This document shows positions 31,436 through 34,198 of a stretch of 34,198 nt of DNA, piece by piece. The stretch lies in NCBI GenBank assembly GCA_051530055.1, contig JBMGUZ010000028.1, forward strand, positions 1-34,198. The letters are read 5' to 3'. This DNA is from Neoechinorhynchus agilis. Taxonomy: Eukaryota > Animalia > Acanthocephala. Numbering within the stretch: the first letter of the stretch is position 1; each line of letters begins with the position of its first letter. The notes under the pieces are model-generated. The model was not told the origin of the DNA and did not search any database. It was given only the letters and a program-made list of their open reading frames with translations. The position numbers and the translations under genes were made by a program.

Positions 31436-33547
31436 AGCGTAAAAAATCGAACAGAAATTGAACAATTTAGATGAGGAGTCTTTTAAAAAAGATGAAATAT
31501 TCTATCAGTAACCAATGAACGTAAAGAAAATTGTAAAATTTTCGACAAAAGTCGATGACATACGAAATATTCAAAAACCTTGGTTAAGATCGGAGCGAAA
31601 TTACCATTTCGATGGGTTCTTGATTAGTGCATTTATTCAAGATCGAAGATACAACGAAATTTGTTGACTTATTTGAGCAAAACAATCTGATTTGTTAATA
31701 ACCCATAAATATTGAAGCAGTGAGTTCTAAACATTTTGAATGGACAAAATGAAAGCCTTTAAATTTTTTATTTACCGTCCCAATGGACGTACGCCTTCAA
31801 CGATTAAAATGCTACTAAAACCCGCTGATCAATAAACAGGCACTCAATAGTCATTTTATTCACAAGAATTTATTTTCCTTGGCAGTCTTAAAAATGAGGA
31901 TTCAATTTTCCTACGTTATTCTTTTTCTCGAAGTCAAAAGTAATTTCGTTCAAATTATTTCAAATTTATTCGGTCAATTTCAAACCTATTTATTAATTCT
32001 CTACATTCAATGTCTAAGGAGCCTTCCTTTTCCTGTCGATTTCCTCGTCCACAGGAGCCGATCGTTTCCGCGGTTCCGTCCGGGAGTTACAACTCGCAGC
32101 GGCCATCATCGCTTCTGAATTCCGCCCACGCATCGGAAATGCAGCCCTCATTTTAATTGTAATTTTATCGATTCGGTTGCTATGGCGTCCGTTATTAATG
32201 TTGAATTTAATATCATGAAGAAGTTTTCCAAGCTGATTATCCCGGATATCATCTTGCGTGATGTTTTTCTCGTACATGGCTTTAAATATTCGTATTGCCA
32301 GCGCTTGGTTCTTTACCGTCGAATCTTCCTCGAGGTTTCGCCGCAGCACGGCGCAGAGCTGCTCCATGCTCATTTCTGCATTCACTTCAATCTTTTCTCT
32401 AGATTTCTTAGTTCTTTTGTTCGAAGAACTTTTATCATTTGTTGACCGCGGCTTCTTTTCTGATTGTACTTTTGCTTCTCGGACAAAGAAATCTTCTGGA
32501 ATAATTAATTTCCGCTTTCGAGATTTGGTTGCATCTTTAGTAAAATCGCATTCCTTTTTCTTTTCTGCTTTTCGGCACAATTGCTTTAGTTTTATCAGGA
32601 CTTCCTTAATAATTTTACTTGTGGCTTCATCACTTTCATTTTTGGCCATTTTTTCTATAACTTCTACAATCCCAGATTCTTCAATTTCAGCCTTAGTTGT
32701 GTTTCTTAAGATAATCTTCGCAAGGATTTGACGAACCCACGCAGTGTTGGTCACGGCAAACTGTTCGTTCAATCCGCAATGCAGTCTTTTACGAAGGGAC
32801 TTTAGTGAACTTGAAACAGCCGTAGAGTATCGTTCAATCCAACGCCCTTCGCCGATATAAACGGCAGTTTTGCCGGATTCGATTGGTGCTTTTTGTTCAA
32901 CTTCACCGTTGATTTGCGAAGAGGCATCCATTTCACGTTCGAAAGCTTCATCCGTTTTAGAGAGATTGGAAGGCCAATCTTTTTAACAGCTTTGCTTTTT
33001 TTGCCTCGTACTCTTGGGACTCGTCGTTCGCTCGTTTCTCATTTCCTAATTTCATCTTTTCCGCTTCGATTTGAGGGTCAACTTTTGAAGTCTTACCATC
33101 ACGTTTGAGAATTACCTGCAATCTATACTTGATTTTTTTAAGGGACCGAGTAATCTTTTCGCTTCCTTTTTCATTCATCATTTCATCAATTATTTCTAAA
33201 ATACCCGATTCACGAATTTCATTGGCTGTTATTGGCCGCCTCATAAACTCTCCGATATTTGCTCGCGCGTACATCCAATTGGCATTATTGATGCCAATAT
33301 TGATCATATTTCGGAGCTCGATGCCAAGTTCCACCAGGCTTTTTTCCTTAATGTTGTTATGTGGACTTTGATTGAACTGCATTAGTAGTCGAGTTGTGGA
33401 GTTTAGATTTAAGATTCTCAAGATCAATGTCTTCGCTTTGGTATAATGATTTGAGCAACGTCGATTCTTCATTTAAGGGAATACAGGCCGCTCACTATCT
33501 TTGCGCATATTTACAAATTGATTGATGATCAACACTTCGATTTGCTT
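31436..33547 (-). repeat. Right copy of the long inverted duplication
   Basis: Reverse complement of 1-2356, lacking left 574-599 and ~2049-2263. Confidence 0.97.
32014..33472 (-). pseudogene. Frameshifted second copy of the triple-TND gene
   Basis: A 26-bp deletion near 32975 (equivalent to left 574-599) splits it into 171-aa and 305-aa ORFs; ~17 amino-acid changes, all in the 5' three-quarters. Confidence 0.9.
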
Positions 33548-33651
33548 GCCAAAAACAAAACAAACAAAAAAGGCATCAAGATTCAACAACACCTTTGGTC
33601 GATTCTCCAAAAACATCATTTCTTGATAATATATTAAAAATATTTATTCCA

Positions 33652-34053
33652 TTAACAAAAGTACAAGAGACCACTCAGGCGATCGCTGATTGACAGAATC
33701 AGGAACTTCACTTTCTTCTCTGTAGGTTTCACTTCCTGGCTCACCTTTTCATCTCCATTTTTGACAACCAAGTCATCTTCATAAAAATAATCTCGGACTG
33801 TTGGATCGCAGAGCTGCAAAAATTCTACATAATGTCTCGCCCGGAAAGCGACGTGATGGGCATAATAACAAGGTGCCGGGATTGAGACTGAACGAAAGCA
33901 TTTAGCATACAAATGGCACAAATTAAAAGTTACTTGCATAAGATTATTCTCATTAAATCCAATGGAATATTAGATTAATCTGTACCGCGTTGGCCTCGAT
34001 GTTCCTTGGATTCCCGCGTGGCTCACCAGAAATGCATCGACTACGGAATCCAT
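33652..34053 (-). pseudogene. AGO: Argonaute PIWI C-terminal fragment with an in-frame stop
   Basis: Reads [74 protein letters not shown], matching AGO [16 protein letters not shown]...[33 protein letters not shown]. TAA at 33970-33972. Confidence 0.95.
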
Positions 34054-34054
34054 G

Positions 34055-34168
34055 CAACAAGTGGTAATCGGATCGTTTGTTTTCTACGTCAAAGAGAAGG
34101 ACCATCGATTTTGCTATCCATTTTATTTGGTGATTGCAAGCTGCCTTTTTTCGATCTTATCCTTTATA
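34055..34168 (+). repeat. Copy 2 of the 114-bp repeat (copy 1 at 5866-5979)
   Basis: Direct sequence match; abuts the Ago C-terminal fragment. Confidence 0.95.
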
Positions 34169-34170
34169 AT

Positions 34171-34194
34171 CTGCTCGTGCGTCGCCGGTCGTTT
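34171..34194 (+). mobile_element. Fragment of a second copy of the LTR element
   Basis: ctgctcgtgcgtcgccggtcgttt is the exact reverse complement of 4061-4084. Confidence 0.7.
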
Positions 34195-34198
34195 CTCT

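Noticed and set aside
177-33371. Many short overlapping ORFs in the track (e.g. 177-419, 843-1049, 19828-20055, 26515-26766, 32258-32731)
   Set aside because: They are antisense or alternate-frame shadows of real genes, with no recognisable motifs.
1-33547. Maverick/Polinton or other autonomous giant transposon
   Set aside because: No pPolB, integrase, capsid, ATPase or DDE transposase ORF inside; the cargo is ordinary host genes.

Overview
Eukaryotic, most likely animal, genomic DNA from a compact AT-rich genome with very short introns (35-56 nt here). It is not prokaryotic, and I see no CRISPR array, rRNA or tRNA gene. Housekeeping genes: TIMM13, a divergent intronless actin with a CArG box, RTF2, a miniaturised golgin-84 and cytosolic IleRS. 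They are interleaved with an LTR retroelement relic, a decayed RTE LINE, other LINE fragments and four tandem arrays (452, 214, 168 and 482 bp units). A >2.1-kb inverted duplication brackets the window (1-2356 / 31436-33547) and carries an unrecognised gene with three TFIIS-N-like (TND) repeats. Near the left copy lie a two-Tudor ORF and the N-PAZ-MID-start-of-PIWI part of an AGO-clade Argonaute (6322-8176, +). An AGO PIWI C-terminal fragment lies about 25 kb away on the other strand (33652-34053), directly upstream of the right TND copy. The best candidate system is a duplicated, rearranged Argonaute-Tudor-multi-TND cassette, though both Ago pieces here look pseudogenised. RTF2 and golgin-84 each carry a ~49-nt frame-breaking insert that may be a non-canonical or newborn intron. 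All domain calls are by-eye motif recognition; no searches were run.
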